A DNA stretch of 64,000 bases from Candidatus Hydrogenedentota bacterium (GTDB lineage: Bacteria; Hydrogenedentota; Hydrogenedentia; Hydrogenedentales; SLHB01), in contig CAVUWV010000017.1 in NCBI GenBank assembly GCA_963745075.1, forward strand, positions 1 through 64,000, given 5' to 3'. The notes beneath the pieces were generated by a model. It saw only the letters and a program-made list of their open reading frames with translations. It searched no databases and was not told where the DNA came from. Made by a program: the position numbers and the translations under genes. Each line of letters opens with the position of its first letter. The stretch's first letter is position 1. Positions 46,852 to 58,377 of the stretch are shown here, in pieces.

Positions 46852-47197
46852 AGCCGGGTAGTTGAAATCCCGCTAAGAGTTCCGGTCCGAGAAATCTGTC
46901 GGGGACGGACTTTGCTGCCTCTGAGCATGTAGTCACGCAAAAGATCGCGATCAACGTCAGAATACCGAGACCGATGCAGCCCACGGCGAGTGCGATTAAG
47001 TCTTCTGAAACGAATGTTCCGACGGTAAGCAATCCCCCAAGCCCCATGATGATCCACGCCATCACGTACCCAAAGCGAACGCGCCGTTCGGCGTAGTCCA
47101 ATACCGGGTCTTCTTTCAGGGGATAGCCACAGTGCGGACAACTCAGTGCTTGGTCACTTACGCTCTTGCCGCATTCCCGACACGCAATAAGGGCCAT
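46673..47197 (-). CDS. Zinc-ribbon membrane protein (true C-terminus uncertain)
   Basis: MALIACRECGKSVSDQALSCPHCGYP plus two TM helices; the tail overlaps the TPR gene end on the opposite strand. Confidence 0.7.
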   Translation of the reverse strand: MALIACRECGKSVSDQALSCPHCGYPLKEDPVLDYAERRVRFGYVMAWIIMGLGGLLTVGTFVSEDLIALAVGCIGLGILTLIAIFCVTTCSEAAKSVPDRFLGPELLAGFQLPGFIVALAKAVTSATPATDRRPNRKRAARQFSQRPYPPVSGESPPAPRTLPDRQDSSDAAR

Positions 47198-47387
47198 AGC
47201 GAAACCCTTTCTCAAGACCACTGCCCCCGGTCTCTTCTTATGAATACACCTTCGGCGTCGGGATTTGCAAGGATTGCATCAAGATAATGCGAGGCACGTG
47301 GTTCCCTTGTGGATAGTCTGGGAGAACGATCGCGACATAGCGATATCGCGTCGACGCGCAGTGCAAGGGGCGACACGACCGGTTTTC

Positions 47388-48188
47388 TTACGCCACCGCC
47401 TCGTTCGTCAACGGCTCGGACTCCGTCGTACGGATGCGTTTGCCCCGGATCATGACATTCGGCCGGCCGACGCTTTGCCCGGCGATCTGTGTGTTTGCCG
47501 GATCGCGATAGCCGCAACGCACCATGCGCCGGACTTTGTCGGTGGTATTGATGTAACTGCCGTGCACAGTGTAGATGTTGAAACACACGACGTCGCCACG
47601 ATTCGCCGGCACCGGTACCGTCTGCTCCAGCTTGTACTCGTCTGTATTCAGATGCGGCGTGCACTCGTCACCCTCCGGGGTTCGTGTGATGTGTGGCAAG
47701 TACCCTTTCTGATGCGACCCCGCCAGGAAGCGGATCTCCCCATTATCGTGACACGTGTCGTCCAGGTGGATCAGCGCGTCCATATACCGGCCGTCGCTGT
47801 GCTCGTAGAAGGCATTGTCCTGATGCATGGGGAACGGATGCCCGCTTTCGGGCGGTTTCGCGTGCAAGGTCGTGTGGTGCAACTCGACGTTGGGGCCGAT
47901 CAACGCGGCCATGACATCCGCCATTCGAAGACTCGTCACCGCCCGCATCCACGCCTCCGAATAAAAGTGGAGGTCGTGCAAAGAGGTCAATTTTGACTTC
48001 TTCTCCGTGTTAGTATCCATGTAAACCTTGCGCCATGGACCGGACCAGCCCATTTCCGTACGGGCCCACTGGTCCATGAGAAAATCCAAATGCGCCTCCA
48101 ATTCATCCATTTCGTCCGGCGTGAACACCTGCGGAATGTGAAGAAACCCGTTTTCCGTATAAAAGTCAATTTGTTCTTGCGACAACAT
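47388..48188 (-). CDS. Phytanoyl-CoA dioxygenase (PhyH) family Fe(II)/2OG oxygenase
   Basis: QIDFYTENGFL, KPP..G..FPMHQD, NG.IRFLAGSH, GDVVCF...TVHGS..N....RR. Confidence 0.9.
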   Translation of the reverse strand: MLSQEQIDFYTENGFLHIPQVFTPDEMDELEAHLDFLMDQWARTEMGWSGPWRKVYMDTNTEKKSKLTSLHDLHFYSEAWMRAVTSLRMADVMAALIGPNVELHHTTLHAKPPESGHPFPMHQDNAFYEHSDGRYMDALIHLDDTCHDNGEIRFLAGSHQKGYLPHITRTPEGDECTPHLNTDEYKLEQTVPVPANRGDVVCFNIYTVHGSYINTTDKVRRMVRCGYRDPANTQIAGQSVGRPNVMIRGKRIRTTESEPLTNEAVA

Positions 48189-48410
48189 CCCTTAGACTCC
48201 TTGATCATTGAAAGACCGCATTGCACGGCCGTTGATGGGCAAACGTGCCTCGAAACCTTCGGACAGCTAGACGTATTGAGACTACCATAGCATGAGGGTA
48301 TTGCGGCAAGTGGCAATGCGCGGTGATGCCGGGGTGTGAATTTGGAGAGGAGGTTCGGAGACCCTTCAAACCCCAATATGTGGTATGACTTGGGAAGTTT
48401 TAGTTTCTTA

Positions 48411-48439
48411 TTGGATTTTCGGACCGCTTCTGCTATAAT
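48411..48439 (+). promoter_or_regulatory. Sigma70 promoter of the mre operon
   Basis: TTGGAT-17 nt-TATAAT with an extended TG motif. Confidence 0.65.
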
Positions 48440-48457
48440 CCGTCAGGCTTAGCTTGA

Positions 48458-49567
<1,110 letters not shown>

Positions 49568-49570
49568 GCA

Positions 49571-50587
49571 GTGTTCCTGTCACGCCGCATAAGCGAAAAC
49601 CGGCCTACGATAGTTCTAGTGGCGCTGGTGGTACTGTCTCTCATGTCGCTGGCGTCCGGCACCAAAGGGAACATCCTGTCCCGCGCAGTAAGCAAAGGGG
49701 TTTCCATCGTCGCCTTTCCCGTGTGGCAGGCCATGTCCGCCGTTCAGCAACGCGTCGAGTACGCAACCTCCTTCGTCGTCTCGTACAACGCATCCCGCGT
49801 CGAAGCGGAAAACCTGCAACGGGAACTGGCAAGTCTCGTTCCTCGAATCGCCGACCGCGATGCAATCGAGGCCGAGAACCGGCGATTGCGTGCTATGCTG
49901 AAGTTCGAGGATACGCAGCCGCGGCTCGATCTCATGCCTGCGGACGTAGTCCCGCTTTCCGACCGACCGCTCGCAGCAGGTATTATCTCCAACACGGGCG
50001 GCGTGCTCGTTATCGATCGCGGCAGCATCCACGGCGTTGAAGCCGCCATGTGTGCGATGACCAAGGACGGGGTCATCGGCATCGTAACCAAAGTCGAGCC
50101 GACGCTTGCATACGTGGCCACGCTCCACAGCGACGAGTGCAAAATCGGCGCCATGATCGACCGCAACAAGCGAGTGCGTGCGATTGTCCACGGCAGCGGC
50201 AGCGACTACAGCCACATCTGCCGGATGCAATACATCGACACGCAGGATATTGTTCGGGTAGGGGACGAAGTGTTGACCAGTGGAAGCGGTATTTTCCCCA
50301 GTGAGTATCCCATTGGAAAGATTACGGACGTTCAAAAGGACAGCTCCCTTTTTCAGGAGGCCTTCATAGAACCCTATGCCGACCCGTATAGCGTGGATGA
50401 ACTCTTTCTGGTACGCCGAGCCCAGCCCACCCTTGCGGAACTCACCGGTGCGGCGGCGGCGTCCTCGGAATCCGGCATCGAGATCCCCGCGCCGTTGGAT
50501 GATTCGGAACGGAAGAAGAAGACCGCGAACGCCGGACCGTTTTCCATGCCGGACACCCGTTCGGTGCAGGAACGGTACGCACCTTGA
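49571..50587 (+). CDS. mreC: Rod shape-determining protein MreC
   Basis: TM anchor, coiled coil ENRRLRAML, IDRGS..GV, GVIG, GDEVLTSG..IFP...PIG. Confidence 0.92.
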   Translation: MFLSRRISENRPTIVLVALVVLSLMSLASGTKGNILSRAVSKGVSIVAFPVWQAMSAVQQRVEYATSFVVSYNASRVEAENLQRELASLVPRIADRDAIEAENRRLRAMLKFEDTQPRLDLMPADVVPLSDRPLAAGIISNTGGVLVIDRGSIHGVEAAMCAMTKDGVIGIVTKVEPTLAYVATLHSDECKIGAMIDRNKRVRAIVHGSGSDYSHICRMQYIDTQDIVRVGDEVLTSGSGIFPSEYPIGKITDVQKDSSLFQEAFIEPYADPYSVDELFLVRRAQPTLAELTGAAAASSESGIEIPAPLDDSERKKKTANAGPFSMPDTRSVQERYAP

Positions 50588-50598
50588 ACGGTGGAACT

Positions 50599-51108
50599 AT
50601 GCGCAGGAATTTATTGTGGGCGATAGCCGTAACCGCCGCGGCACTGATCGAGACAACGTGGCTCAAAGCGATCAGTGTGATGGACGTAACGCCAAATCTC
50701 ACGTTGTTGATGGTCATTTATTTCGCCATCGCCGATGGAGAAGAACGCGCCATGTTTACCGGGGTGGTGGGCGGCGTTTTCCAGGATGTGGCCCGCAGCG
50801 CCGTTCTCGGCCATCACGTCCTTTGCCTCGTTATCGTCGGATTCGCGTCGGGGCGCATCGCCACGCGGCTGGTCACCGAACATCCCGCGGTCAAGGCCGG
50901 GCTTGTATTCTGCGCCAGTATCGTGTGCGGTTTGCTTGAAATTCTCGTCCAATATGTGCAGGACCCGGACCTGGCCGCCGTGCACAATATCGTGGCCCGC
51001 GTCGTTCCCGGTGCCTTCTACACGGCGTTGTTCACCCCCGTCCTCTTCTTTCTGCTCGATCGGTCGTTTCGCCACCGAAACTTTGCGCTAAACGGAGGCA
51101 CGACATGA
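50599..51108 (+). CDS. mreD: Rod shape-determining protein MreD
   Basis: Hydrophobic protein with PNLTLL and G.FQD, in the mreC-mrdA position. Confidence 0.88.
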   Translation: MRRNLLWAIAVTAAALIETTWLKAISVMDVTPNLTLLMVIYFAIADGEERAMFTGVVGGVFQDVARSAVLGHHVLCLVIVGFASGRIATRLVTEHPAVKAGLVFCASIVCGLLEILVQYVQDPDLAAVHNIVARVVPGAFYTALFTPVLFFLLDRSFRHRNFALNGGTT

Positions 51109-53081
51109 TTCCGACGCCGACGAAAAAGAAGCGCTACGAAGGTTTCGAATCGCGCATCAGTCTTCTGGCCTTTCTGGTGCTCTTCGCGTTGACCGTCCTG
51201 ACGCTCCGGCTTTGGCAGATGCAGATGGTCGAAGGCGCCAAGTACGCGGCCGTGGCCGAACAGCAGCGCCTCATGAACGAACGGCTGCAATCCCCGCGAG
51301 GCGTCATCTACGGGCGCGATGAATCCATCGTTTTGGCCGACAATCGAGCGGCCAGCGACCTCGTGCTCACGCCGGCCTTGTGTCGCGATCCGCAACAAGT
51401 CATATCGACACTCGCGAAACTAGTTCCGATCGATGAGGACGGACTTCGTGAGGCGATTCAGACGGCGGAGCGGCGCCGCACTCCCTACGAGCAGATTGTC
51501 GTGAAGCGCGATATCACCCGCACCGAGTTAAAACGCGTCGAGGAGATGTCGTTTGCCCTGCAAGGGGTCTACACGGTGGCACGGCCACAGCGCCGGTATT
51601 ACTACCAGGACACGGCGGGGCAAATCATCGGCTGGATGAACGAAATCGATCTGAATGAATGGCGTAAACTGCGCCCCCGTTATCATATGGGCGACATGAT
51701 TGGCCGGTCGGGACTGGAGCGGGAATACGAAGATACACTCAAGGGCGTCGACGGGACCATGATCGTCAGCCGGTATAACGGCAGTGTGCCGCAACTTAAG
51801 ACCGACGAACGCGGCAACCCCTACGTCGAAGTCGACAGCAAGGGGCGTACGCTTGAGGTGGAAAAGCGCGTCGATCCCGTGCCTGGCGACTCGATCTTCA
51901 CGACCTTGGACATCGGCCTGCAGCAAAAAGCGGAAAACCTCCTCAAAGGGGATGTCGGCGCCATCGTGGTGCTGGACGCTGACACCGGCGAGGTCCTGGC
52001 TATGGCAAGCACGCCGGGTTACGATCCCAGTGTGTTCGTCACGAACAGTCCCAACCGCACTCAACTCGTCCAAGCGGCACTCGACAAGGATCTCAAGCCC
52101 ACCCTGAGCCGCGCGTACCAATATCAGTATCCGCCCGGTTCGGTTTTCAAAGTGCTGTTGGCGATCGCCGCCCTCGAAGAAGGCGTGATCACGGAGAATA
52201 CGACGTACAGTTGCAGCGGCCTTTTCCATTTGCCCGGCGTTTCGCGGCCGTGGCGCTGCTGGCGCCTGAAGTACGGCGGTCACGGTGGCGTCAGCGTCGT
52301 GGACGCGCTCGCCTACTCCTGCGACGTCTTCTTCTATAACGTGGGGCGTGATCTTGGCGCCGAGAAGATCAAGGAGTGGTCGTCCAAGCTCGGGTTGGGG
52401 GTCAATACGGGCATTGACCTCCCTGGCGAGGTCACGGGGCTGATCCCCGATCCGGAATGGAAGAAACAGATGGCCGTCGCCGCAGGCAAGACCGACCCAT
52501 GGGAACTGAAATGGTATCCCGGTGAAACCATCAATATGTCTATCGGGCAGGGCGCCGTGACCACGACACCCCTACAGAACGCGGTCCTCATGGCGGCCGT
52601 GCTCAATGGGGGGCGCCGCGTCCGGCCCTATTTGAACGTGGAACTTGGCCCAAAAGTCTCCGAGCCCCTGGTCAGCGAGAATACGCTGCGGATCGTCATA
52701 GCCGGTATGCGCAAGTGCGTCGAGCGCGACAACCCGCCCCCGACCGGCACCGGAAAAGAGGCCAAGATCGAAGGCCTGGATATTCTCGGAAAGACCGGTA
52801 CCGCCCAGGTCGCGGCGCTGAAACATGTGAAGAACTACACCAATGAAGAGGACATCCCCTATGCGTTGCGCGATCACGCCCTGTTCATCTCGGGCGTGAC
52901 CGACCGTAAGCCGCACATTGCCGTCAGCGTGATCATCGAACACGGGCTGCACGGCAGCAGGGCCGCGGCGCCGGTCGCGAAGGCGATTTACGAATACTTT
53001 TACCTGCATCGTACGCCCGGCGCCACCTATTCGGACGTGCCCCAACCTATATCCATCGCGCAGCGGGAGGCGGGGGAATGA
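51105..53081 (+). CDS. mrdA: Penicillin-binding protein 2
   Basis: RLWQMQ, PRGVIY.R, PPGSVFK (SxxK), SCD, SIGQG, GKTGTAQ. Confidence 0.95.
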   Translation: MIPTPTKKKRYEGFESRISLLAFLVLFALTVLTLRLWQMQMVEGAKYAAVAEQQRLMNERLQSPRGVIYGRDESIVLADNRAASDLVLTPALCRDPQQVISTLAKLVPIDEDGLREAIQTAERRRTPYEQIVVKRDITRTELKRVEEMSFALQGVYTVARPQRRYYYQDTAGQIIGWMNEIDLNEWRKLRPRYHMGDMIGRSGLEREYEDTLKGVDGTMIVSRYNGSVPQLKTDERGNPYVEVDSKGRTLEVEKRVDPVPGDSIFTTLDIGLQQKAENLLKGDVGAIVVLDADTGEVLAMASTPGYDPSVFVTNSPNRTQLVQAALDKDLKPTLSRAYQYQYPPGSVFKVLLAIAALEEGVITENTTYSCSGLFHLPGVSRPWRCWRLKYGGHGGVSVVDALAYSCDVFFYNVGRDLGAEKIKEWSSKLGLGVNTGIDLPGEVTGLIPDPEWKKQMAVAAGKTDPWELKWYPGETINMSIGQGAVTTTPLQNAVLMAAVLNGGRRVRPYLNVELGPKVSEPLVSENTLRIVIAGMRKCVERDNPPPTGTGKEAKIEGLDILGKTGTAQVAALKHVKNYTNEEDIPYALRDHALFISGVTDRKPHIAVSVIIEHGLHGSRAAAPVAKAIYEYFYLHRTPGATYSDVPQPISIAQREAGE

Positions 53082-54256
53082 GCAACATCGAACGCGATCT
53101 CAACCTCCTCGAAGCCCACATCCACACCTTCAACTACCGGAATCTGCGCCGGCTGGACTGGTTTCTCGTCCTGTTGACGGTGTGCCTGGCGTTCGTCGGG
53201 TTGAGTGCGCTTTACAGCGCCAGTCAAAGCGCTTCGGATGGGTTGCCCTTCTACGAGATGTACTACGTGAAGCAATCGTTGTTCGCGGCCTTTGGCGTTG
53301 CGGTTGCGCTCTTAATGGCCTGCGTGGACTATCGCGCCTTTGTGTCTTTCGCGCCGATTGCCTATGCCGTAGCCGTGATCCTGCTGATCCTCGTCCCGAT
53401 TATCGGTGTCGAGGCCATGGGCGGACAGCACTGGATTCCAATCGGGCCGTTTCGCCTGCAACCTTCCGAACTCAGCAAGATCGCCCTGGTCTACATGCTT
53501 TCCTGGTACTTGGCGCGCGTCCAGGGCCAGCTCCATCGGTTGCTGTTTTTCTTTATTCCTTTCGCCATTTCCGGTCTGCTAGTGGTGCTGATTCTCGTTC
53601 AAGGAGACTTGGGAACCGCGATCGTCGCGGCGCCCATCGTATTTGTGATGCTATTCGCCGCGGGTTGCCGCCGCCTTTACTTGGCTGCCATAATCGCCGC
53701 CGGTCTCATCGCCGCACCGGTGCTGTATTTCAATCTCGACAATCTGCCCCTGAAAGAACACCAGCGAATCCGAATCGTTTCGTTCTTTCATCCGGAAGCC
53801 GATCCCGAATATGCCACTGGTTCGGGGTATCAGATCGAACAGACCAAGATCGCCGTCGGCAGCGGCCAGATGTGGGGCAAAGGTTTCGGCAAAGGAACGC
53901 AGACCCACATGCGCTTCCTGCCCGTGTTCCATACCGACTTTATTTTTGCGCTATACGCCGAGGAAATGGGGTTCGTCGGCGGAGTGATATTGATTGGGCT
54001 GTACGGCCTGTTTCTCCTTCGGGGGTTGGCGCTTGCGCGCGATTGCCCCGATCTGGCCGGCAGCCTTCTCATCGTGGGGAGCGTGAGTATCATCGCGTTC
54101 CACGTGCTCGTGAACATCGCGATCACGCTGAACCTGCTGCCTGTAACCGGTCTGCCATTGCCATTTCTGAGTTACGGGGGCTCGTTTTACCTCACCACGA
54201 TGATGTGCGTGGGCACGATTCTGAGTGTCCACGTGAGAAAGGGATTTTTCGCCTGA
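53078..54256 (+). CDS. rodA: SEDS peptidoglycan polymerase RodA
   Basis: LQPSELSK, QGDLGT, GYQ..Q.KIAVGSG, HTDFIF, PVTGLPLPFLSYGGS. Confidence 0.95.
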   Translation: MSNIERDLNLLEAHIHTFNYRNLRRLDWFLVLLTVCLAFVGLSALYSASQSASDGLPFYEMYYVKQSLFAAFGVAVALLMACVDYRAFVSFAPIAYAVAVILLILVPIIGVEAMGGQHWIPIGPFRLQPSELSKIALVYMLSWYLARVQGQLHRLLFFFIPFAISGLLVVLILVQGDLGTAIVAAPIVFVMLFAAGCRRLYLAAIIAAGLIAAPVLYFNLDNLPLKEHQRIRIVSFFHPEADPEYATGSGYQIEQTKIAVGSGQMWGKGFGKGTQTHMRFLPVFHTDFIFALYAEEMGFVGGVILIGLYGLFLLRGLALARDCPDLAGSLLIVGSVSIIAFHVLVNIAITLNLLPVTGLPLPFLSYGGSFYLTTMMCVGTILSVHVRKGFFA

Positions 54257-54368
54257 TTCACCGCGAAGATCAGTATTCTGGGTGCCGTCCGCGTACCGGC
54301 GTCGTTGCGCCGGAATACCCGAACCCCATCGATCCGCACCCGGGCTGTGTCTCGCACCAGGAGAAACT

Positions 54369-55889
54369 ATGAAGGAATTCGTCATCAACGTAGAACCCCT
54401 CGAGACACGCATTGCGTTTATCGAGGACAAACGGCTCACCGAATTGCTCATCGACCGCCACGAAAGCCGCAGCGTTGTGGGCAACGTGTACAAAGGCCGG
54501 GTCGATTCGATCGTCCCCGGAATTCAAGCGGCGTTTATCGACATTGGATTTGAGAAAAACGGGTTTCTGTATGTCTCGGATATTGCCGGCGCGGAAGGCA
54601 CTGGCGATTTCGTCTTCGAAGAGGGAACGGCGAAGCCCAAAGAACGTCCTCGCCGCGCAAAGCCCCCCGCGATCGAAAACCTGCTGAAGAAAAACCAGCA
54701 CATCATGGTGCAGGTCAGCAAGGATACCCTGGGCACCAAGGGCGTGCGCCTGACGAACTACGTAACGTTGCCGGGCCGCTACATCGTATTGATGCCGACC
54801 GTCAAACATCTCGGTATCTCGCGGAAAATTGGAAGTGACCGCGAACGCGAACGTCTGCGCAAGACCTTGCAGTCAATCCGCCCATCCGGCGTGGGCATGA
54901 TTCTACGAACCGCGGGCGAGGGCAAAAAGAAATCCGATTTTCAAGAGGACATCAAGTATCTCTCGAAAGTCTGGACCGACGTAAAGGAAAAGATGGAGAA
55001 GGCCAAGGGGCCGAGCCTGCTTCATGAAGATCTTAGTCCGATCCTGCGGGTCGTTCGCGACATGTTCACCAAGGACGTTGACAAGCTGACCATCGATTCG
55101 CCGCAAGAGCACAAGCGGATCAATTCGTTTCTGGACTCCTTTGCGCCCAACCTCAAGAAACGAATCAGGCTTTACAACGGCAAGCGACCCATCTTCGACA
55201 AGTTTAATCTTGAAAAGGAAATCGAAAAAGCCCTGCACCGGAGGGTATTCCTCAAGAGTGGCGGCCACATCTGTATCGACCAGACCGAGGCGCTCGTCGC
55301 CATCGACGTGAATACCGGCCGGTTCACGGGCAGCAAGCATCTCGAAGAAACCGTGTTAAAGACGAACCTCGAAGCCGCCGAGGAGATCGCACGGCAAGTG
55401 CGCCTCCGCGACCTGGGCGGCATTATCGTAATCGATTTCATCGACATGCAGTACGAGAAGAACCGGAAAGAACTCATCCGGAAATTGCAGGAATGCCTCA
55501 AAGCCGACCGGGCCAAGACGACCATTTCGGAAATCAGCGAACTCGGCATGATCGAAATGACGCGCAAACGCGTCAAACACAACCTGGTCAAAGCGCTCTC
55601 GCAGCCCTGCCCCTATTGCGAAGGCAGCGGCATGGTGCGATCCGTCACCACCATGACTTTCGATACAATCCGCAAACTGCACGCGTTGTTCTGCAAGTCC
55701 AAGGAACGGCGTATCATCCTTCAACTGCACCCGGATGTCGCGCGACGGTTGCGCACGGAAAACAAAGAACTTCTGGACGACGTCGCTAAACGCTTCGATC
55801 GCGAGATTTCCATCGAATCCGTATCGGACTACCACATTCACGATATCAAGGTACTCAGCACGCGGACCCGCCAGGAAATTGCGCTCTAG
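54369..55889 (+). CDS. rng: Ribonuclease G/E family endoribonuclease
   Basis: VGNVYKGRV, QAAFIDIG, IDVNTG, TNLEAA.EIARQVRLRDLGGIIVIDFIDM, CPYCEGSG; 506 aa without an RNase E scaffold tail. Confidence 0.93.
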   Translation: MKEFVINVEPLETRIAFIEDKRLTELLIDRHESRSVVGNVYKGRVDSIVPGIQAAFIDIGFEKNGFLYVSDIAGAEGTGDFVFEEGTAKPKERPRRAKPPAIENLLKKNQHIMVQVSKDTLGTKGVRLTNYVTLPGRYIVLMPTVKHLGISRKIGSDRERERLRKTLQSIRPSGVGMILRTAGEGKKKSDFQEDIKYLSKVWTDVKEKMEKAKGPSLLHEDLSPILRVVRDMFTKDVDKLTIDSPQEHKRINSFLDSFAPNLKKRIRLYNGKRPIFDKFNLEKEIEKALHRRVFLKSGGHICIDQTEALVAIDVNTGRFTGSKHLEETVLKTNLEAAEEIARQVRLRDLGGIIVIDFIDMQYEKNRKELIRKLQECLKADRAKTTISEISELGMIEMTRKRVKHNLVKALSQPCPYCEGSGMVRSVTTMTFDTIRKLHALFCKSKERRIILQLHPDVARRLRTENKELLDDVAKRFDREISIESVSDYHIHDIKVLSTRTRQEIAL

Positions 55890-55965
55890 GTTGCCGCGGA
55901 TGAAGGGTTGACGCTTCCCTCCCGACGCGGGTACCATCTGCCGACGCGGTCTGGAAATCTTACTG

Positions 55966-56877
55966 ATGCACATTCGAGACATATTCGACAAACACGCGAC
56001 GACGTTCTCCTTCGAGTTCTTTCCGCCAAAAACGGCCCAGGCCGCGGAAACGCTGTACTCCACCATCTCGGAACTCGAAGCCTTGAAACCGTCCTTCGTT
56101 TCGGTCACCTATGGAGCCGGCGGATCCACGCGAGAATTGACGCACGACTTGGTGGTCCGTATCCATCGCGAAACATCGCTGGATCCGATCCCGCATCTGA
56201 CCTGCGTATGTCACAGCGAGGACGATATCCAGCGTATCCTGGCGCGTTACGCCGAGGCCGGCGTCACCAATATCCTCGCCTTGGGCGGCGATCCGCCCCG
56301 CGACGTTGCAGGCTACGACCGGGCCGCTGACTTCTTCCGGCACGCCGCCGACCTCGTCCGGTTCGTTCGGAAGTTTAATGCGAGTGGGTCCCACCCCGAC
56401 CCGCGGGGATTCGGCATAGGCGTCGCGGGATTCCCCGAGGGTCATCCTAATACACCGAACCGGCTGCAGGAAATGGATTTCCTGAAGGCGAAGGTGGAAG
56501 CCGGAGCGGACTACATTTGCACCCAGCTATTCTTTGACAATCGCGATTTCTACGACTTCTGCGAACGATGCGAATTGGCCGGTATCCGCGTTCCAATCGT
56601 CGCGGGGATCATGCCGGTCACCACAGCGGGTGGGATGAAGCGCATGGCGGAACTGGCCGCCGGCTCTCGTTTTCCGGCCGCGTTGCTTCGCGCAATTGCT
56701 CGTTGTGGAGCCGATGCGGAAGCAGTAAAACGCGTCGGAATCCATTGGGCCACGGAACAATGCCGCGATCTGCTCGATCACCGTGTGCGCGGTATCCATT
56801 TCTACACACTCAACAAGTCCGATGCGACCCGGCAAATCTATCTGAGCCTGGGTTTGCGCGACAGCGAGTCGTTGTAA
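55966..56877 (+). CDS. metF: 5,10-methylenetetrahydrofolate reductase
   Basis: SFEFFPPK, SVTYGAGGS, HLTC, LALGGDPP, FPEGHP, TQLFFDN, IHFYTLN. Confidence 0.96.
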   Translation: MHIRDIFDKHATTFSFEFFPPKTAQAAETLYSTISELEALKPSFVSVTYGAGGSTRELTHDLVVRIHRETSLDPIPHLTCVCHSEDDIQRILARYAEAGVTNILALGGDPPRDVAGYDRAADFFRHAADLVRFVRKFNASGSHPDPRGFGIGVAGFPEGHPNTPNRLQEMDFLKAKVEAGADYICTQLFFDNRDFYDFCERCELAGIRVPIVAGIMPVTTAGGMKRMAELAAGSRFPAALLRAIARCGADAEAVKRVGIHWATEQCRDLLDHRVRGIHFYTLNKSDATRQIYLSLGLRDSESL

Positions 56878-57069
56878 GCCACACGATTACGCTAACTTCC
56901 ACCCTCGTGAAATGAATCCCTATGCCTTCCGAATACATCTCCACGTAGCACATTCCCCGCGAACTGCGCCCGGAACGTGATGCGCCGGGAACAATGAGGA
57001 TTCTCCCCGCTGTTTATGCTTGGATGGCTGCAAGACAACGCAACCCGATTGGCAAGGAAAGGAATCAGT

Positions 57070-57633
57070 ATGAAGTACCGGAAACTGCTGTTCACCGCTG
57101 CCGTTTTGACCGTGGCGATTGGTGTGAGTTTCTATTTCGACAACGCTCTGGCACAGACCGACGTTCCGCACCGCGAAATTGGGGACAAAGCGCCCGAAAT
57201 CTCCGTGACCGACTGGATTCAAGGTGGCCCCGTCAAGCTCAGCGATGGCCTAGGCAAGAACGTGTACATCGTCGAGTTTTGGGCGACGTGGTGTCCGCCG
57301 TGTCGCGCGAGCATTCCGCATCTGAACGAACTTTACCAGAAGTACAAGGATCGCGGATTGCAGGTCGTGGCCATCACCCAGGAGGACCCCGACTCGGTCG
57401 CCTCCTTTGTGAAGAATCAGGGCGATAAAATGACCTATCCCGTGGCGATCGACGGCGACGGCAAGATGGCCGATGCCTACATGCTGGCTTTCGGAGAAAA
57501 CGGTATTCCGCATGCCTTTGTCATCGATACGAAGGGCAAAATCGTTTGGCATGGTCACCCCATGGACGATATCGAAGCGGTTATTCAAAAGTATCTGCCG
57601 AAGAAGGAAGACGGTGGTACTGCCAAATCCTGA
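57070..57633 (+). CDS. TlpA-like thiol-disulfide oxidoreductase, exported
   Basis: IGDKAP, VEFWATWCPPC, GIPHAFVID..GKIVW.GHP. Confidence 0.9.
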   Translation: MKYRKLLFTAAVLTVAIGVSFYFDNALAQTDVPHREIGDKAPEISVTDWIQGGPVKLSDGLGKNVYIVEFWATWCPPCRASIPHLNELYQKYKDRGLQVVAITQEDPDSVASFVKNQGDKMTYPVAIDGDGKMADAYMLAFGENGIPHAFVIDTKGKIVWHGHPMDDIEAVIQKYLPKKEDGGTAKS

Positions 57634-57707
57634 GTTCGCGAATTCCGTACGATTGCGTGCACGTATACGGGGAGGCCGAGTGGCGAGCGCTCGTCCTCCT
57701 TTCTCTG

Positions 57708-58352
57708 TTAAAGCTGGTCCAACGGGATATCGAGATTGGGTTTGTCTTCGTATCCTTGAAAGTCGAAGTGCCACCACTCCGTGGGGAACGGAATGAACCC
57801 GTGGCGTACCATGACCCGCTCGAGAATCTCTCGATGGCCGATGGCTTCGGCCGGCAACGCCAGATAATCCCGGTGTGCCCGCTCGGTGAAATCGTCGAAG
57901 CCCGTCGGCATCATGACCTCGTTTTCATCCAGGTCAGCCAACGTGAGGTCCACGGCATACCCCCGATTATGCCGCGAGCCGACATGAGGATCGGCCACAT
58001 AATTCGGATCGGGAAGGATCTCCCAAAACGTCCACTGTACCGAGAGCGGGCGGTACGCGTCGAATACTTTCAGGCGATATCCAAGCGGCCTTAGATCTGC
58101 CTGAACGTCGCGGAGCGCCAGCGCGGCGTCGCGCACGAGAAAGCATCGAGCGGCGGGATAGACCGCTTTCCCCGTGAAGTTGTTATCCGTCGCGTACCGG
58201 ATATCGAGAAGAACGTCCGGAATCACCGCCTCCAGTTCCACCAAACCGGCTTGGGATGGTTGGGAATGCGTGGTGTTGCATCCGACCGCAACGGCCACGC
58301 AAACCCAAATACCAAGCGCAGCGTTCCATCCCCGCCAATGTAAGCCGATCAA
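57708..58352 (-). CDS. ddpX: D-alanyl-D-alanine dipeptidase (M15D, VanX/DdpX family), lipoprotein-like
   Basis: DIRYAT.NNF.G, FDAYRP, SRHNRGYAVD, MPTGFDDF, EWWHF. Confidence 0.9.
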   Translation of the reverse strand: MIGLHWRGWNAALGIWVCVAVAVGCNTTHSQPSQAGLVELEAVIPDVLLDIRYATDNNFTGKAVYPAARCFLVRDAALALRDVQADLRPLGYRLKVFDAYRPLSVQWTFWEILPDPNYVADPHVGSRHNRGYAVDLTLADLDENEVMMPTGFDDFTERAHRDYLALPAEAIGHREILERVMVRHGFIPFPTEWWHFDFQGYEDKPNLDIPLDQL

Positions 58353-58377
58353 TGGGCGCGCTCCTTGTGTCCTGCTC

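Noticed and set aside
55890..55965. SAM or SAH riboswitch upstream of metF
   Set aside because: Only 76 bp, largely taken up by a TTGACG-18-TACCAT promoter-like sequence; no aptamer consensus visible.
57708..58352. vanX as evidence of a glycopeptide-resistance cluster
   Set aside because: No vanH, vanA or vanRS nearby; a stand-alone DdpX-type dipeptidase is common.
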